IMG/VR virus record: IMGVR_UViG_3300021476_000002
Span: 16,578-80,577 of that record
Reading direction: 5' to 3' (one strand)
Length of the DNA: 64,000 bases
From: a virus
Shown: in pieces, positions 26,085-36,205 of the stretch
How positions within the stretch are numbered: position 1 is the first letter of the stretch
Layout of the letters: each line of letters starts with the position of its first letter
Program-made: the position numbers and the translations under genes
Notes under the pieces: model-generated
What the model saw: the letters and a program-made list of their open reading frames with translations, nothing else
The model's database searches: none
Told to the model about the DNA's origin: nothing

Positions 26085-26263
26085 TGGGCGGGCTTCATGC
26101 GCCTGACCGGGCGACCGGAAAAAGCCGTGTATCGTAAACAGAACCGTCAAGAAAGATATGTTCCCTGTTAATGTTGGCGGCTCGGTGGCAGGGCGATCAC
26201 GGTGGGTCCCGTTCCGAGTAAAGCAGAGTTGATCGCCTGTCGGAGACTCGGATGGCCTGCCCC
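26085..26263 (+). ncRNA. Candidate structured ncRNA with pseudoknot
   Basis: Closing stem 26085-93/26255-63; CCGG-GCGA-CCGG hairpin; interleaved stems 26187-99/26230-41 and 26213-19/26246-52. Confidence 0.5.
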
Positions 26264-26286
26264 ATAAATTCGTTGAGGAGACTGAT

Positions 26287-26790
26287 TTGAAAGAGCGTGA
26301 TTTCTTGTCTCAGATGCACAAGAGTGCTGAGGAGCAGGGTTATAATCTGTTTAAGATTCCTGACCCCTCTCGCGCCATGTTTAGAAAGAATGGTGGCGCT
26401 AGGTATGTTCAGAAATTGCCGTATGACGCTATTTTCACTGGCCCAGGTAGGGTATTCGCAGTCATAGAGGCTAAGGTTGTGAAGCCGGGCGGGCGGCTTG
26501 AGTTGCGTCCCCACCAGTACACTAACTTAATGCGAGAATACGAATGGGGGAATGGTGCTTGGATTTTAGTTCGTAAAGAGGAACGGAAACCTCCGGCGAC
26601 TGTTTGGGCTGTTCCGATTCATTGGTTTAAGCGTGCTCTCGTAGAAGGGAATGGTAAGTACGTTCAGTACGCGAAGGTCGAAGTCATTGGGTTACCGTTA
26701 AGGAAGATCAAAGGCGGGTGGGATGTGACGCGGCTTACTGCGATGCCTGGAGGTTACTATGGAGGAGGAATGGACTCCACTCAGAATTAG
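26287..26790 (+). CDS. Holliday junction resolvase (RecU-like PD-(D/E)XK)
   Basis: FKIPD...KLPYDAIF...AVIEAKVV...LRPHQ...L. Confidence 0.7.
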   Translation: MKERDFLSQMHKSAEEQGYNLFKIPDPSRAMFRKNGGARYVQKLPYDAIFTGPGRVFAVIEAKVVKPGGRLELRPHQYTNLMREYEWGNGAWILVRKEERKPPATVWAVPIHWFKRALVEGNGKYVQYAKVEVIGLPLRKIKGGWDVTRLTAMPGGYYGGGMDSTQN

Positions 26791-27016
26791 GCAGGTAAAT
26801 GACCGCGAATGGTTGGTTGAGAGCCAAACGCGGGCAGGGGTAAGATACACAGTCACGCTTGAGAAGAATGTTTTGAAGTGTGACTGCGAAGGATATCACT
26901 ACCGACAGAAGTGTACGCACGTGCAAGTGGTTGAGCCGGAAGTTCCGGCATATCTATACGAGGAGGTAGCAGACGATGTTTGGAAATCGGAAGGAGGGGA
27001 CAGGAGTGACCAGTAA
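26759..27016 (+). CDS. SWIM zinc-finger protein
   Basis: YTVTL...CDCEGY.YRQKCTHV (CxCxnCxH). Confidence 0.8.
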   Translation: MEEEWTPLRIRQVNDREWLVESQTRAGVRYTVTLEKNVLKCDCEGYHYRQKCTHVQVVEPEVPAYLYEEVADDVWKSEGGDRSDQ

Positions 27017-27455
27017 CGCGGGGTTGCCACAGGAGTCTAGCGGTCTAGTGCATAAGGCTGACGTGGAGTATGACGATACCGCCTGGGAAGACATGATGGA
27101 GGCCAAATTGGACCGGATTGAGAAGGCGCTGGAGGGTCTAACAAGGCATCTGGGCGTCCGTCAAGGAGGGCCGCGTCGGTCGTTTGTCGCTAGGGATGTC
27201 CAACGGCGCGACCACGCTTCCTCGAAGCCAGAAGACCAGAAGGAGTATGCCCCCGGTGCGCGGTTTACAGGCGTCGTACAGACGTTCGATAAGGGGTGGG
27301 GGTGGATTGATTGTAAGGAAGAGAAGCGGTCTTTCTTTGTTCACCGTGAGAACGTAGAGGACCGTGATGAGTTATCCCCAGGGGATAACGTGGAATTCTC
27401 TGTGGGGAACTCTAAGGACGGGCGGCAGCGTGCTGTGGAGGTAAAGAGGGCATGA
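27006..27455 (+). CDS. Cold-shock-domain (CSD) protein with N-terminal extension
   Basis: TGVVQTFDKGWGWI...FFVHRENV...L.PGDNVEFSV...RAVEV. Confidence 0.85.
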   Translation: MTSNAGLPQESSGLVHKADVEYDDTAWEDMMEAKLDRIEKALEGLTRHLGVRQGGPRRSFVARDVQRRDHASSKPEDQKEYAPGARFTGVVQTFDKGWGWIDCKEEKRSFFVHRENVEDRDELSPGDNVEFSVGNSKDGRQRAVEVKRA

Positions 27456-27516
27456 GTTGGTCTGACGTTGTAGCCCTCGCTGTTATCATTGCGTTTCTGT
27501 ATCTGTTGGTACGCGG

Positions 27517-28338
27517 ATGAGAGGCGCACCGTTAACACAGGCTGAACAGAAACGATCAAGCGTTGTCCTGTCGTGCATGTGGGCTTCTTTGGTGGCGTTG
27601 TTGACTATTATGGTGGTGTTGTCCAACTTTGGCAACAAGGCCATTTTAGGCAACTCTCCCCAACGACGAGAGGATAGTGTCTTCCTTGTCCTGATCGTGA
27701 ATAAATTGGGATTCGCGGTCGGGTCAGGGACAGGGTTCTTTTTGACTCAAGATGGTCTGGCCATGACGGATAGTCATGTGACATGGTATCCCGTGCATGA
27801 GCCAGGATTATATCGTGTCGTAGCAATCTACAAGAACGAGTTTTATGATGTGAATGTTTTGTGTTCCTCGGATTTGGATGCAGTACCAAATGGTAATGCT
27901 GTGCATCTCCAAAGGGACTTGGCGTTTCTTCGTGTGACGCCGGAGTCAAATTGGGATGGGGAGCCGATTGTTAACGATCAGGAACGATATCTTCCTGGGT
28001 CACAGACTATCTTTCCAGGTGTCCCCCTTATTGAGAGACCGGAAAATGGTGAACTCGTGACTGTGATTGGTTTTCCTGGAGGGCACAATCAAGTCGTAGA
28101 TTTTGAGGGTAGGGTTGTTGGGATAAAAAGTATCAAAGGTGGAGAGGGCGAGTATATTGATTTTGCTGGAGATCGTCCTGGGCCGGGGGCAAGCGGTGGG
28201 CTTGTTGTTGGGCAAGACGGTGCTGCGGTGGGTATTTGGACGTGGCATTTTAATGCAAGCCATATGGGTGTAGCCCAGATTCTCCCTTCGTTTCTGTCTG
28301 GACAAAAGGATGTGCCGTTGGGAGAGTGGTGCCATTGA
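27517..28338 (+). CDS. Membrane-anchored trypsin-like serine protease
   Basis: N-terminal TM; GSGTGFF, TDSHV (His), DLAFL (Asp), GASGG (Ser). Confidence 0.88.
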   Translation: MRGAPLTQAEQKRSSVVLSCMWASLVALLTIMVVLSNFGNKAILGNSPQRREDSVFLVLIVNKLGFAVGSGTGFFLTQDGLAMTDSHVTWYPVHEPGLYRVVAIYKNEFYDVNVLCSSDLDAVPNGNAVHLQRDLAFLRVTPESNWDGEPIVNDQERYLPGSQTIFPGVPLIERPENGELVTVIGFPGGHNQVVDFEGRVVGIKSIKGGEGEYIDFAGDRPGPGASGGLVVGQDGAAVGIWTWHFNASHMGVAQILPSFLSGQKDVPLGEWCH

Positions 28339-28736
28339 GAAACGGTGAGGAAGAAAACCAGGGCCAAGAACCAAGTGTGCTTGTAGTATCTCCAGATAAT
28401 ATCGAAAATTACAGACAAAACAAAGCATCTCTTATCATAGGGGATGCAAAGCAATTGTTTGGCGCTGATGAATACAAAATGGCCAAGGTATTGATGAGCC
28501 GTGGAGTCATGAAATGGTTCGCTGTTCGACGAGACCTTATTCGCTTGAAGGATATTTGGCGGGCGCGGCTTCGTGAGTTATATCCTAGGCAGGGCGTAAG
28601 ATCACCAGAGGAGCGCGGCTATTGGAAAGGGTACATCAAGGCTCTGGAGGAATGCCGAAAGGAAGTCCGCGCCTTGTGTCATAGTTCTCGTTGGAGAATC
28701 CCCGACAACGACGAGGAGGTAGGAAAATGGCTATGA
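28326..28736 (+). CDS. Hypothetical protein
   Basis: Operon packing; helical. Confidence 0.5.
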   Translation: MVPLRNGEEENQGQEPSVLVVSPDNIENYRQNKASLIIGDAKQLFGADEYKMAKVLMSRGVMKWFAVRRDLIRLKDIWRARLRELYPRQGVRSPEERGYWKGYIKALEECRKEVRALCHSSRWRIPDNDEEVGKWL

Positions 28737-29104
28737 ATGAGCCTACGTTTAACGCTGACGGATATCCGACCGAGGATACGCTAAAAGAAATTGAAACGTG
28801 GGATTACAGGCGTGGTTTTCATGGTCTGATGAAGTTTGTTCAAAAGGCGTGGAATTATCCTAATTATTGGAGCGAAGAGGAAGAGTGGTATGATGCCATC
28901 AAGCCTGATGGTAGCATGTGGAAGAGACAGAAGACTCTCTATCGGATTTCTACTGGTGGGTGGAGCGGCAACGGAATGCTTATTGAAGCCATGGAGGGCA
29001 ATTGGATGTTCTGGAATTTGTGTTGGGTTTCAAGCAGGAGGGGTGGCCATTATGAATTTGATGTTAGAGTCATTGAGACTGCGGGGGTCAATCCATATGA
29101 ATGA
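28727..29104 (+). CDS. Conserved phage hypothetical protein
   Basis: DGYPTE..L..I..W...STGGWSGN...SSRRGGHYEF; GAGGAGGT RBS. Confidence 0.7.
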   Translation: MAMNEPTFNADGYPTEDTLKEIETWDYRRGFHGLMKFVQKAWNYPNYWSEEEEWYDAIKPDGSMWKRQKTLYRISTGGWSGNGMLIEAMEGNWMFWNLCWVSSRRGGHYEFDVRVIETAGVNPYE

Positions 29105-29351
29105 AGAGCAGATTGAAAAGTGGAAGGCAATGGGCGGAAAGTTTGTCGCGGTTCTGATTCGCAAGGGCGAGGATTATACTGCCCATGAGAGTACGATCAA
29201 TCATCTTCGGTGGGCGGGGTTTCGGGTCTTGACTGTGACTGAGGAATTGCTTGAGGACAACCCGGAACTTTTCGGGAAGATTTTTGCTGAAAAAGCCCTG
29301 AAGGATTTCGCGCAGCCAGCGGAGAACACTTCAACAGACGGGAAGGGGTAA
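29097..29351 (+). CDS. Hypothetical protein
   Basis: Coupled ATG; last + gene before the inverted island. Confidence 0.5.
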   Translation: MNEEQIEKWKAMGGKFVAVLIRKGEDYTAHESTINHLRWAGFRVLTVTEELLEDNPELFGKIFAEKALKDFAQPAENTSTDGKG

Positions 29352-29364
29352 GACTAAATCGAAC

Positions 29365-29440
29365 AACCTCCTTCCCGGAGGCTTCTGGCATTAGCCAGGG
29401 GTCTGCCAGCGTGGAACCTCCCCCGGACACGCTGGCTTCT
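29365..29440. terminator. Three hairpins at a convergent junction (bidirectional terminator candidate)
   Basis: CCTCC/GGAGG, CTGGC/GCCAG and GCCAGCGTG/CACGCTGGC inverted repeats. Confidence 0.55.
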
Positions 29441-29442
29441 CT

Positions 29443-29709
29443 TTATGCGAACGGAGATAGTTGGTCTTCTCGTGGGTTTTCGTCGGTTCGGTGGGCTTTG
29501 CATTCCCCGCAGTATGTGTGTCCATCGGGAGAGATGTAGGCTGTAGGGCCTGCCATGTTGATTCCGCAGTCCGTACACGCTACCACTATGGGGATACCCA
29601 GGTTTTCAACGATTGCGCCGGGGATTATGCCTTCGTACTGTTCGAGGTTGATTCTCGCCTGGGCGGCCCGTTCGCGCAGGACTTCCATGCCTTCTCGGAA
29701 GTATGCCAT
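29443..29709 (-). CDS. Zinc-ribbon hypothetical protein
   Basis: CTDC...CGEC; GGAGGT RBS on the minus strand. Confidence 0.65.
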   Translation of the reverse strand: MAYFREGMEVLRERAAQARINLEQYEGIIPGAIVENLGIPIVVACTDCGINMAGPTAYISPDGHTYCGECKAHRTDENPREDQLSPFA

Positions 29710-29903
29710 TAGTGTAGTACCTCCTTTCTTTTCATGGTGTTTTGGATTACGTCAATGACCACATCTCCACGTGTGCAGGAATGCGTTAGTGCCCACAGGT
29801 TGACTTCTTTCCATGAGCCGGATGTCCATGTATCGCAACTGTGACAATGGGCGTTGTAGCGCCAGTTTTCGGCGGGTGTGTACTCAGTTGGATTCAGCGG
29901 CAT
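29709..29903 (-). CDS. Hypothetical protein (CxxC...HxC)
   Basis: Coupled within the minus-strand operon. Confidence 0.55.
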   Translation of the reverse strand: MPLNPTEYTPAENWRYNAHCHSCDTWTSGSWKEVNLWALTHSCTRGDVVIDVIQNTMKRKEVLH

Positions 29904-30564
29904 GTCCGTATTGCTCCCTGAAGATCATACCGTTTACGGCATCAATGAATTCCAGGAGAGCGGCGATTCTCTTCTTGTGGGTCTTGAGTCCCGCGTCGTG
30001 CGAGAGACGACGCTTCCATTCCTGGTATTGGCTGTAAGGGCCGTAGAATTCGTCGTTGGAAATCCACGCTCCCTGGGCCTTCTTTTCCAGGATGGTCTTG
30101 ATAAGAGGCTGTTGGGCCAATTCCTTGAGCCTCTTTTCCGCTTCGTAGAGGTACGTGAGGAATTCGAGGGCTTGGGTGCGGAGGCCCTTGGCTTCCCTTT
30201 GGCTTCTCTCGTTCATTTGGACGGCGAATTTCTCTGTGCCCTCGATTCGAGTATACCGAATGACGTAGCCGGTTCCGTGATTGGGTCCCCCGCAATGGCA
30301 GTCGCAGATTGGGCCACGTGCGTAGATGCACCGATCATCGCAGGCTGCCTTGGCGTGGTCCGTGACGATGTTGGAGCGGTGGACCCGGCCCATAACCTCA
30401 ACCCTTTCGGCGGGGGCATCGCAGTAGGGGCACGGGTACGGTGATTGTGTGTGCGTCCAAGCCTTGCGGAATTCCGGGTTATCAACCGCCATGATTCCGA
30501 GGCAGTTGAGGCATCGGAAGTAGAATCGGTTGGGTGGTTCTGTTGGATTAGTAATCATCGCCAA
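29884..30564 (-). CDS. Cys-rich metal-binding hypothetical protein
   Basis: CLNC, CPYC, CDDRC..ARG..CDCHCGGPNHG. Confidence 0.7.
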   Translation of the reverse strand: MAMITNPTEPPNRFYFRCLNCLGIMAVDNPEFRKAWTHTQSPYPCPYCDAPAERVEVMGRVHRSNIVTDHAKAACDDRCIYARGPICDCHCGGPNHGTGYVIRYTRIEGTEKFAVQMNERSQREAKGLRTQALEFLTYLYEAEKRLKELAQQPLIKTILEKKAQGAWISNDEFYGPYSQYQEWKRRLSHDAGLKTHKKRIAALLEFIDAVNGMIFREQYGHAAESN

Positions 30565-30886
30565 ACCTCAGATAGCGGTTGTACTCTTCGGCGACTGCGG
30601 CTTCCTCACCGAAGGTATTGCGGATGAAGCGGTCGTTTTCGTAGTCGCGCACGCCCTGATTGTACTCGGCCTGGGCCGCACGCTGTTCTGGTGTTCCACC
30701 GGCAGCCGAGGCGCAGAGTGGATGATGGGCGGTGGCACGTTCGCTGGAGTCGCTGGAGAACATCACGATGGTGTCACCCTTGCGGATACTGCCTCCACAC
30801 TCGCCGCACGTGTCGTTGTACTTGGCGGTGAACGGGCGGGAGGGTTTGCCTGTCTCGTACCGTCTCGGTCTTGCTGTGTACCTCAT
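30548..30886 (-). CDS. Zinc-finger (PARP-ZnF-like) hypothetical protein
   Basis: AKYNDTCGECGGSIRKGD...H..C; GGAGGTGAGG RBS. Confidence 0.65.
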   Translation of the reverse strand: MRYTARPRRYETGKPSRPFTAKYNDTCGECGGSIRKGDTIVMFSSDSSERATAHHPLCASAAGGTPEQRAAQAEYNQGVRDYENDRFIRNTFGEEAAVAEEYNRYLRFGDDY

Positions 30887-30907
30887 CGGGTCCTCACCTC
30901 CAATCCA

Positions 30908-31012
30908 AGGATACTACAAATGTAGCCAATAGTCAAGGGGAGGGATGCAAACATCTGTTCGGTATAGCGTTTTCTCGGATGGGTTGACCCAAGGGTACAA
31001 ACGTGGTATGAT
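30908..31012. promoter_or_regulatory. Divergent promoter pair with operators and a central SOS-like box
   Basis: Minus: TTGACT-17-TATCCT with ACTACA-AA-TGTAGC 30913-26; CAAAC-ATCT-GTTCG 30948-61; plus: TTGACC-17-TATGAT with GGTACA-AA-CGTGGT. Confidence 0.75.
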
Positions 31013-31038
31013 TCAGATGGAGGAAGGAGGCAAGACCG

Positions 31039-33262
31039 GTGAAACTGAAGGGTCTGACCGAGAAGGCCGCAGCCGAAGAGGAAGCCTACATGGTTGAGGC
31101 CGGTAGGCAGCGGGCGCAAGCGGTTGCTAATAAACTTCGGGCGATGCCTGATTCTCCAGGAGCGCGGTCAATCGGGATGTATCTAGCGAAGAGTATGAGC
31201 GCGGGACGTGCGCTGCGGCGCGGCAGGAGATGCCGGTGATTCGGACTCATAGACACCCTAAGAACCGAATTTTCTTGGACCGGTGTGAGCGAATCGCAAA
31301 GGCTCACCCTGATTGGGATGTCGCAAAGGTTATGGCCCGCGCTACCCTAGAAGGTTTAGTGGTCAACCAGAGCGAATGTATCTGCAATAATCCTGAGTCC
31401 TGGGGTTATAAGTGTCCGGTTCATCTAGTAGTTTGCGGAGCGGAGGTTTCAAAGCGATGAGCGAGACTTGGTATTGTGACTGCTGCGAACTACCGTTTTG
31501 TTCTCAGGAAGATCGCAACGGACATATGGAGTACCTATCGGCTGTACAGAACAATGCTGATAGGTGGGTGCCTGCGTGTGGCGGGCGCGAGAGGCCCTTT
31601 ACGGCGCGAAACGGTCTTCGTCTTCTGTACTGCTATAACCCGTCGCAGAATCGTCACGCCTACATCAATGTAGACACGGACATGGAAATTGACGGCTATG
31701 CCCTAGTGGGAGCCGGGTTATGAACCGAAAGGGTGACAAACGGCGAGTTGGAATAGTGTATGGTTCACCTGACTTTAACATCATTGAGGAGTTTGATGGT
31801 AAGAAATGGGTCCGGTTATCTCCAGAAGACTCTGCTATAATCATCAAACATTGGAATAAGTCGCCTATAATCACTAAGCAGCGTTGGAATGAGTCGCTGC
31901 GAAGAATGGATACCAGATGAAGCGGATTTGGTTAGGATTGTTGATTACGGTGGTTTTGTTAACCCTGGCGTTTTTTGGACCGGCGCGTCAGGTAGTTGAC
32001 GATCCAATGAAGGATATGTGTTTCGTTAAGGGTCATGTAGTGTTGTGCAAAGACCAGGAAACTAGCGGGTCGTTTCATTCGGATGGTGGTTTATGGAAGA
32101 ACTGAAAACAAGACCCGTTAAGGGTAAGATTCGGTGTCACAAGCGGAGTTATGAGGGTCGCTTTTCGGCTCAATGTATTCACGATGCTACTGTTGAGATT
32201 GCGTATAATACACGCTGGCCCGCTAGTAAGGTGGGAGTAGAATGGAGGCCGGTGTGTAAGGCTCATCTTCATGGCGAGAAGATGAGCAGAAAGAATACTG
32301 AAGAGAGGAATAGAAAGTGGAAGGAGCATGATGCGCGTACCAAGGCTGCCGAGAGGGCCGCTAAAAAGTGGTCTAAGATTCTCGGGGTTAGTGTTAAGGT
32401 GGATTACGGAATTAACGGGGTAGCGTTGCTTGATAGTTTTGTGTTGAGTGGGGAGGCTCTTGAGGAATTGCATAACGTCATAATCTATAGGGAGTGATGG
32501 TTGTGGCAACTGCCAAGGAAATGCGTAAGCAGATGGAAAAAGAGATGGAGGAAGTTGGCACCAGCAAGACGGGCCGAGTTGCCGGTAAAGAGCGCCAGAA
32601 GAGCGATGCTGTTCTGTTGATTTACGGTCCAACGAACAAGAAGAAAATGTTCAAAACCCGGAAGGCGATGGAGCAGTTTCTTCTTACTCTACCTTACTGA
32701 AAAGGGGGTTTCTTGAATGGACGGTCATACGGTAATGTGGTTTATGTTGGTGCTGGCTTTTATTCTGTCCATTGGGGCTTTTCAGGGGGAGGGAAGGTCA
32801 TGAGCGACATCATTCAGGCTATGGCTGTGATTTTTGCAATCGTTGTGGTGGTTTCAGCCATTGGGGACCCGAGGGTTATGAAGGAATGCCAACCCAAAAA
32901 TCAACTGAAGCGGGGGGATGAAGATGGGGACTAACTTTTACGTACAGTCGGAGTCGTTTCAGGCGCACATCGGAAAGTCTAGCGCGGGGTGGCGTTTTAC
33001 GTTTCGTGCATACCCCGAAAAGAAGAACATTCTTGGCGTGATTCGTTCAGCGCGTGATTGGCGTGAGGCTTTTCGGTTCCTTCGGGAAATTCGGGAACCC
33101 TTTCAGATTGTGGATGAGTACGATCATCCACATTCTGAATCTGATTTCTGGTTCATGGTGGCTGTGAAACAGCGGAGTAAGATGCCCGATGAAAAGCCAA
33201 CGGAAGATAGCGAATACGAAGACGCCGATGGGTTTATTATGCAGGGGAGGGATTTTTCATGA
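31039..33262 (+). other. Run of about 10 small coupled hypothetical CDSs (31039-31239, 31230-31460, 31457-31723, 31720-31920, 31917-32105, 32093-32497, 32494-32700, ~32800-32934, 32918-33262)
   Basis: Overlapping start/stop codons and RBSs; no functional family recognised. Confidence 0.6.
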
Positions 33263-33651
33263 AGGTTTACGTTGGTAAGCGGGAATCCAATAACGAGTCT
33301 GGAATGGAGGCACGTGTGTACGTGCAGGATTCGGATGGTAAAAACCGGAGACTCCTTCAACAGTTGTTCTATCATTCCCCGACAGGATTTGAATGGGGTT
33401 ACGGAGGTTCCGGCCCCGCTGATCTTGCCATTGCTATTCTCGCAGATTTCTTCGGTGAGACTGAGACAATGCCGTCGTATGTGATGAGGAAATACCACCC
33501 GAAGAATCATGTCTTGATTGAACAGACTCGTGCCTGGAGGCTCCATCAGGAATTCAAATGGGCGGTGATTGCTAATCAGCCGAATGGTGGTTTCAGGATT
33601 GACGAAGACGACATTCGTGAATGGCTGAAGAGCGTGGAGGCCAAGCCTTGA
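33259..33651 (+). CDS. DUF6166-family protein
   Basis: HSPTGFEWGYGGSGPADLAIAILAD...FKW.VIA signature. Confidence 0.75.
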   Translation: MKVYVGKRESNNESGMEARVYVQDSDGKNRRLLQQLFYHSPTGFEWGYGGSGPADLAIAILADFFGETETMPSYVMRKYHPKNHVLIEQTRAWRLHQEFKWAVIANQPNGGFRIDEDDIREWLKSVEAKP

Positions 33652-33950
33652 ATCGAATTTTGGTGCTTGATGAGGCATTGCACCGGTTTGCTACGCGGCT
33701 CCCTAATTACGGGTACGAGGTTGTGTGCCTTCCTGATAGTATTACGGATGAGGAGATAGTAGCCAGGGCAGCCGAGTGGAATGCTGTGATTGTGACTGAG
33801 GATAAGCGGTTTGCGGAGTTAACAAAATTTCAAGTAAGGTACGACAGGGGGCGTGGGTTTCCTCATTTGCTTATTGACTTGGAAAGGTTTTACAACCCAG
33901 GGCTTCCGGTTGTAGCGGTAGTGAGGGAAACGGATGCTAGTGCGATGTGA
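33648..33950 (+). CDS. DUF5615/VapC45-like PIN-domain protein
   Basis: LVLDEAL...DEEIVARA...AVIVTEDKRF acidic PIN pattern. Confidence 0.7.
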   Translation: MNRILVLDEALHRFATRLPNYGYEVVCLPDSITDEEIVARAAEWNAVIVTEDKRFAELTKFQVRYDRGRGFPHLLIDLERFYNPGLPVVAVVRETDASAM

Positions 33951-34039
33951 GGATTGCGGTCAAAGGCAGCGGGCAGACGAAGGGGATTTGCGGACCAAGC
34001 AAGCGTATTGCCGGATTTGCGGGAATCCGCTAGATTTGT

Positions 34040-34381
34040 TTGATGAAGATTTGGACGACAGCGATGAACAAGAAGAATAAGATTCGCGTATTCTTCGAGC
34101 GCGTGATCTCCCCGTACTTCATGTATGATGTTGTTAGAAACTACCAGTTGGGATATCCTGATGGGTGGGAAGACGTGGAGGTAGAGACTGTGGACGAAGG
34201 CATGACGGCTGTTGGCTATCCATGTCCTGAATGTGGGAGTCAGGGGCCGCACTACGTCATGAGAATGACGAAATTAGGCGGTATGCGGCTTCATTGTATG
34301 CAATGCGAGAAGACGTGGCAGGCTACGGAAGGTAGGGAGCAGGAGCCTCCGTCTCCTCCCCCAACATGGGGTCGCGCTTGA
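34040..34381 (+). CDS. Zinc-ribbon hypothetical protein
   Basis: CPECG...CMQC. Confidence 0.5.
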   Translation: MMKIWTTAMNKKNKIRVFFERVISPYFMYDVVRNYQLGYPDGWEDVEVETVDEGMTAVGYPCPECGSQGPHYVMRMTKLGGMRLHCMQCEKTWQATEGREQEPPSPPPTWGRA

Positions 34382-34425
34382 GTAACTCATTTGACATTTC
34401 TGCAAAGGAGTGTAAGAATTGAGCC

Positions 34426-35136
34426 ATGACTGAGGAAGAGAAGCGCGGCGTAGGACGACCTCATGTACTTGAAGGGCACAAGTACAGGCAGCAGATTGAA
34501 GACCTGCTGATTGGAGGATATACGCCTGGGCGCGTGAATCAGTCGTTGGGAAAGATGTACCCTGATTATATCGCACCGGCTCTCAAGACATTGTATGACT
34601 GGCGGGAAGAGCGCCTGAAGGAGCGCGTCAGGGTACGCAAGGAATTTGAGCGCGTGCTTGCCGAAGAACAGTTCATGACCGATGTGCTTCAGGACTTGTC
34701 TGTTCAGATCGAATTGCAGCGCGGTCGTGTTCAGAGGATTCTAGATATCGAGAAGGAAAAGGGTCCCGGCAAGATGATCGCGGAGATTGGGTTTGAAACT
34801 GACCGCCTTGTCAACTACCTGATGAAGTACCGCGAGGTTTTCAACGAAGAGTTTGGGTCAAAGTCCAAGGCGGGAACGCCGGTAAACCTCGTGGTTGGTC
34901 AGCAGGTTATTGGCGCGAAGGAGTACATGGAGCAGGTGATGGCAGGCATGTCCGAGGAAGCCAAACAGAAGATTGGTGACATCATGAGGCAAGAGCGGTT
35001 AGTTAGGGAAGAGGCTGAGGTTGAGGTGGCGAGAAAGTCAATGCTGCCTGCGCCAACGGAGGATTCCAAGCGTCAGACGGAAATGGACAACCGGCCAGTA
35101 GCAGAGAACCTGCCTCATGGTATCGCGGTGGCGTGA
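34426..35136 (+). CDS. Putative terminase small subunit (DUF3486/Mu gp27-like)
   Basis: N-terminal GRP...RQQIEDLL..GYT HTH-like region followed by a long coiled coil; has an upstream TTGACA promoter. Confidence 0.45.
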   Translation: MTEEEKRGVGRPHVLEGHKYRQQIEDLLIGGYTPGRVNQSLGKMYPDYIAPALKTLYDWREERLKERVRVRKEFERVLAEEQFMTDVLQDLSVQIELQRGRVQRILDIEKEKGPGKMIAEIGFETDRLVNYLMKYREVFNEEFGSKSKAGTPVNLVVGQQVIGAKEYMEQVMAGMSEEAKQKIGDIMRQERLVREEAEVEVARKSMLPAPTEDSKRQTEMDNRPVAENLPHGIAVA

Positions 35137-36088
35137 AATGAAGAAAATCTACATTTCGGTTTGCCATAATACGATTCGCCGGAACATCCATTTGTCTCCG
35201 GCGCAACGTAAACCGCCGTTGCGAGTGAGCCATGGGAAGTACGGAAAGCCTTCTTACTACTACGACTATTTGATTTACAGTAAGGTTCGAGTAGTGTACG
35301 ACCCAGAGAACCCTTTGCCATGTGGCGCGAGGGCATGGGTGGAGGCTGATGATGATGGGGTTAGTTAAGCACCAATGGCAAAGAATGTTCAGATGTCAGA
35401 ATGGTCACATCAGGCAGGATTATACTGACGGGGTGTGTGGCGAGTGTGGTGACGACACAACCCCAGAGCATATCGTAGCGCGTAAGGTTACAAGGGAATC
35501 TTTTTTCAGTTGGCCGTATGTGTGGCATGTGCGGTACGAAGTTAAGGGGGATGAGGAGGATAGCGATGTCTCCTGATGCTATGGATATGTACAACCGAGT
35601 GGACGCGGATGGTAATTTCAAGATGGATATTTGGCTTTTGTGGACTATGAACACGGACGGGCGGACATATCTTCGTGGTGTGGCGACTAGCGAGGATTTG
35701 GTAAAGAAGTGGAAGAGGGTTACGGAGTGTGAGCCAACGTGCATTCGTGCGTTTGCTGAAAGGAGTAGAGGGAATCATTTGTATGGTTCTATGGCTATTC
35801 GATACGATTACGACTTCAACAAGGTTGATACCGAAACGGCAACGAGGAGGAAGGTGAAGCGTCATGGGCGATAGGTATTTTCTAACCGTGAAGTGTTCTG
35901 AGTGTGGTATGCTCGATGGCGATGTGTACTATGCCCCGACGTGCGGCATAGTAGACGCGAAGTGTCCTCAATGCGGACACGTGACCAACCTGGAGGAGTA
36001 CACAGGTATCACGTATGAGGATGCGTCTAACGCCAAGGAATTGAAGGCTCTTGCGGAAAGTATTGTGAGGGCGCACGGTCGTGGGTAA
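35117..36088 (+). other. Small hypothetical CDSs (35117-35368, 35322-35576, 35518-35874, 35864-36088)
   Basis: Coupled ORFs; several CxxC; VVYDPENPLPCGARAWVE motif. Confidence 0.55.
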
Positions 36089-36205
36089 GCGAATGGCAGA
36101 TAGGAGAAAGAAGCGTAGCGAGAAGGCTCATGGTCGGACAAAGAGAAAGAGTATGAGTCGAAAACTCGCTGATGCTGTCGTGTTGTTTTTGAAGAGCGAT
36201 AGCCG

